Shown here one piece after another: positions 34,231 to 35,964 of a DNA stretch of 35,964 bases. The notes beneath the pieces were generated by a model that made no database searches, had not been told where the DNA came from, and was given only the letters and a program-made list of their open reading frames with translations. The DNA is taken from IMG/VR virus record IMGVR_UViG_3300048858_000029, positions 1 to 35,964 of that record; one strand, 5' to 3'. Both the position numbers and the translations under genes were made by a program. This stretch comes from a virus. Lineage: Duplodnaviria; Caudoviricetes. How positions within the stretch are numbered: position 1 is the first letter of the stretch; each line of letters opens with the position of its first letter.

Positions 34231-35964
34231 CTACGCCGCCTTATCCTTGTTGAAGTCGATCGGGCATGCACCACCAGCACAATCAACGTGCTCGCGGTCG
34301 ACGTCCTCGACCATCGCCTCCTTGATGTTGGCGACATACTGGTCGTACTCCTCATCCGTGATCGGCTGCTCTGGCTGATACTCGTAGGAGACCGACTTGA
34401 TCTGCGGCATGACGGACACAGCCCGAACAGTCTTGATGTTTTCGAACATCAACCGTTCGAACTCCTCGAAGCCAATGGCTTCAGGATCGTACTTGAGCGT
34501 GTAACTGATCTGGTTGCCGCCCTTCTCACCGAGCCAGAAGTGCTCGAGGAGCTGCAGATAGCGGAACTGTTCAGCCACAGTAGCCTCAGCCGCGGTGACC
34601 AGCTTGTCACCCATACCCAACGTGGTGATGGTTGGAGCAGTCGGGAAACCAACAATCGTGGTGCCGGCGTACGAGGTGAGCTTCCGGACAGGATAACCTT
34701 TGGCTTCATATTCAGCGACCAACGGATCATCATTGCGGAACTGGACCCAACGAAGCAGCTTCCGCATGGACGGAAGGTGAGCACCCTCGGTCAGGCCGAA
34801 TAACTTGCTGGTGGTGCCGGCAGGCTTCATGGTCCGCATGGTGTGTGGAACGACGACGCCGAGCTCGGCCGAGTAGGTTTCCGCTTCATCCTGCACAGCA
34901 TCAGCGAAGCGCTTCAGCATATTCCAGAACGGAGCCGCTTGCTCAGTGATCCCCATCGGGCCGACGTCGCCATAAGCGATCGCATCACGGAAGCCGAGCT
35001 TGAACCGGGACCACATATATTCATGCAGACCAGTCATTCCCACGCCGATACGATTGGTGCGACGGACTTCCTTGCGATAGATCGAGTCCATCAGGTTGAC
35101 GCGGATCAGCGCCCGGGTCGAGACACGGAAAGCTTCCTCGGCGTCATTGTCGTTCGCAGCATTGAATGGCACTACGTCAGCGATGACGCAGAAACCACCA
35201 AGCAGGAAGAGCGTGATCTCGCCGCAAGGGTTGACGATGTAGTGGTAGGGGTGATCGATAACGCGGCGTGCGAGCTCGAGCAGAAGCGGCTTCGTCGCCT
35301 CATCCACCTGATAGAGGCTTGAGCCGGCGAAGACCTCGGACAGATACTGTTCGATATCTGCGTCGTCGACCGGCAGCTTGTCCACATTCAGGAAGCCAGG
35401 CTCGCCTGTGCCATCGCCATAGTTGTAGTCCATGACCTGCAGCCAGACGGCATAAGCATGCATCTGGATCGGAGTCGCGCCTGGGCGCCCACTACGGACG
35501 TGTTCGACGGCGTCCCAGAACTCCTTGTCGACGGCAACCGAGTTGTTCGACGACCACAGGAAGGACTCGAAGTAGCCACCAGTCTCGCGGAGAGCTTCTA
35601 CCTGCTGCCTGTTCAGACCCAGGAACTCTTCCGGCCGCTTCATCTGGATGAACTCGAGAACCGAGCGATCCTTCCAGTATTTGACGGCAATGCGAGCTGC
35701 ACGGCGGGCGCCGCCGACGAGAACACACTCTGCCAGCAGATGGTCGGCGTAAGCAGCAGCAAGCCACGGCATCATGCCCGACTGGCGGATGCGAGCGAGA
35801 GCGGTGAGTGCCGACATCAGTGGACCAGGGCCAGAGGCTGGTCGGTTCTGCATGCCCTTGATTGGCTCACCGAAACCACGGACGTTGCGGAAGTCCAGCA
35901 GCACGATCGTGTCGTGATCTTCGCCATGGAAAGTCATTTGCTCGACGAGCTCGACAGACTTCGC
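34231..35964 (-). CDS. nrdJ: Class II (adenosylcobalamin-dependent) ribonucleotide reductase, 5'-truncated by the window edge
   Basis: VGGARRAA, GEPGF, NPCGEI, RIGVGMTG, TMKPAGTTS and C-terminal CAGGACPI; frame open to the window end. Confidence 0.9.
   Translation of the reverse strand, partial: AKSVELVEQMTFHGEDHDTIVLLDFRNVRGFGEPIKGMQNRPASGPGPLMSALTALARIRQSGMMPWLAAAYADHLLAECVLVGGARRAARIAVKYWKDRSVLEFIQMKRPEEFLGLNRQQVEALRETGGYFESFLWSSNNSVAVDKEFWDAVEHVRSGRPGATPIQMHAYAVWLQVMDYNYGDGTGEPGFLNVDKLPVDDADIEQYLSEVFAGSSLYQVDEATKPLLLELARRVIDHPYHYIVNPCGEITLFLLGGFCVIADVVPFNAANDNDAEEAFRVSTRALIRVNLMDSIYRKEVRRTNRIGVGMTGLHEYMWSRFKLGFRDAIAYGDVGPMGITEQAAPFWNMLKRFADAVQDEAETYSAELGVVVPHTMRTMKPAGTTSKLFGLTEGAHLPSMRKLLRWVQFRNDDPLVAEYEAKGYPVRKLTSYAGTTIVGFPTAPTITTLGMGDKLVTAAEATVAEQFRYLQLLEHFWLGEKGGNQISYTLKYDPEAIGFEEFERLMFENIKTVRAVSVMPQIKSVSYEYQPEQPITDEEYDQYVANIKEAMVEDVDREHVDCAGGACPIDFNKDKAA

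Noticed and set aside
33811-34803. 330-aa plus-strand ORF
   Set aside because: Beyond about 34050 it crosses a terminator and is the antisense shadow of nrdJ. Only the first ~55 codons from ATG 33865 look protein-like.
1-35964. CRISPR array, tRNA or rRNA genes
   Set aside because: No regularly spaced repeats or cloverleaf/rRNA-like sequence were seen, and intergenic spaces are short.

Overview
This window is the late (virion and lysis) region of a long-tailed, lambda-like siphophage or prophage/phage-plasmid. The host is probably a Rhizobiales alphaproteobacterium, inferred from promoter shapes, a stand-alone WGR gene and a B12-dependent RNR. Plus-strand order: protease with nested scaffold, decoration protein, major capsid, head-tail joining genes, tail tube, G/GT chaperones (-1 frameshift), a 1782-aa tape measure with an internal lysozyme domain, M/L/K/I-like tail-tip genes (K split into NlpC/P60 and JAB genes), a 3259-aa central tail fibre, then holin-like / GH19 endolysin / holin-like genes. 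A convergent class II ribonucleotide reductase is cut by the right edge. Accessory insertions interrupt the operon: a membrane-protein moron; an Arc-like gene; a 1.8-kb cassette between TMP and Dit (secreted Cys-rich protein, RHH protein, Rep-like wHTH gene with a probable counter-transcribed RNA); a LAGLIDADG endonuclease plus metallophosphoesterase; and an RHH-WGR pair followed by a two-gene toxin/defence-like cassette behind a 20-bp palindrome. A sigma32/RpoH-like promoter motif recurs in front of the structural gene blocks. All calls come from reading motifs and synteny by eye; no database searches were run.
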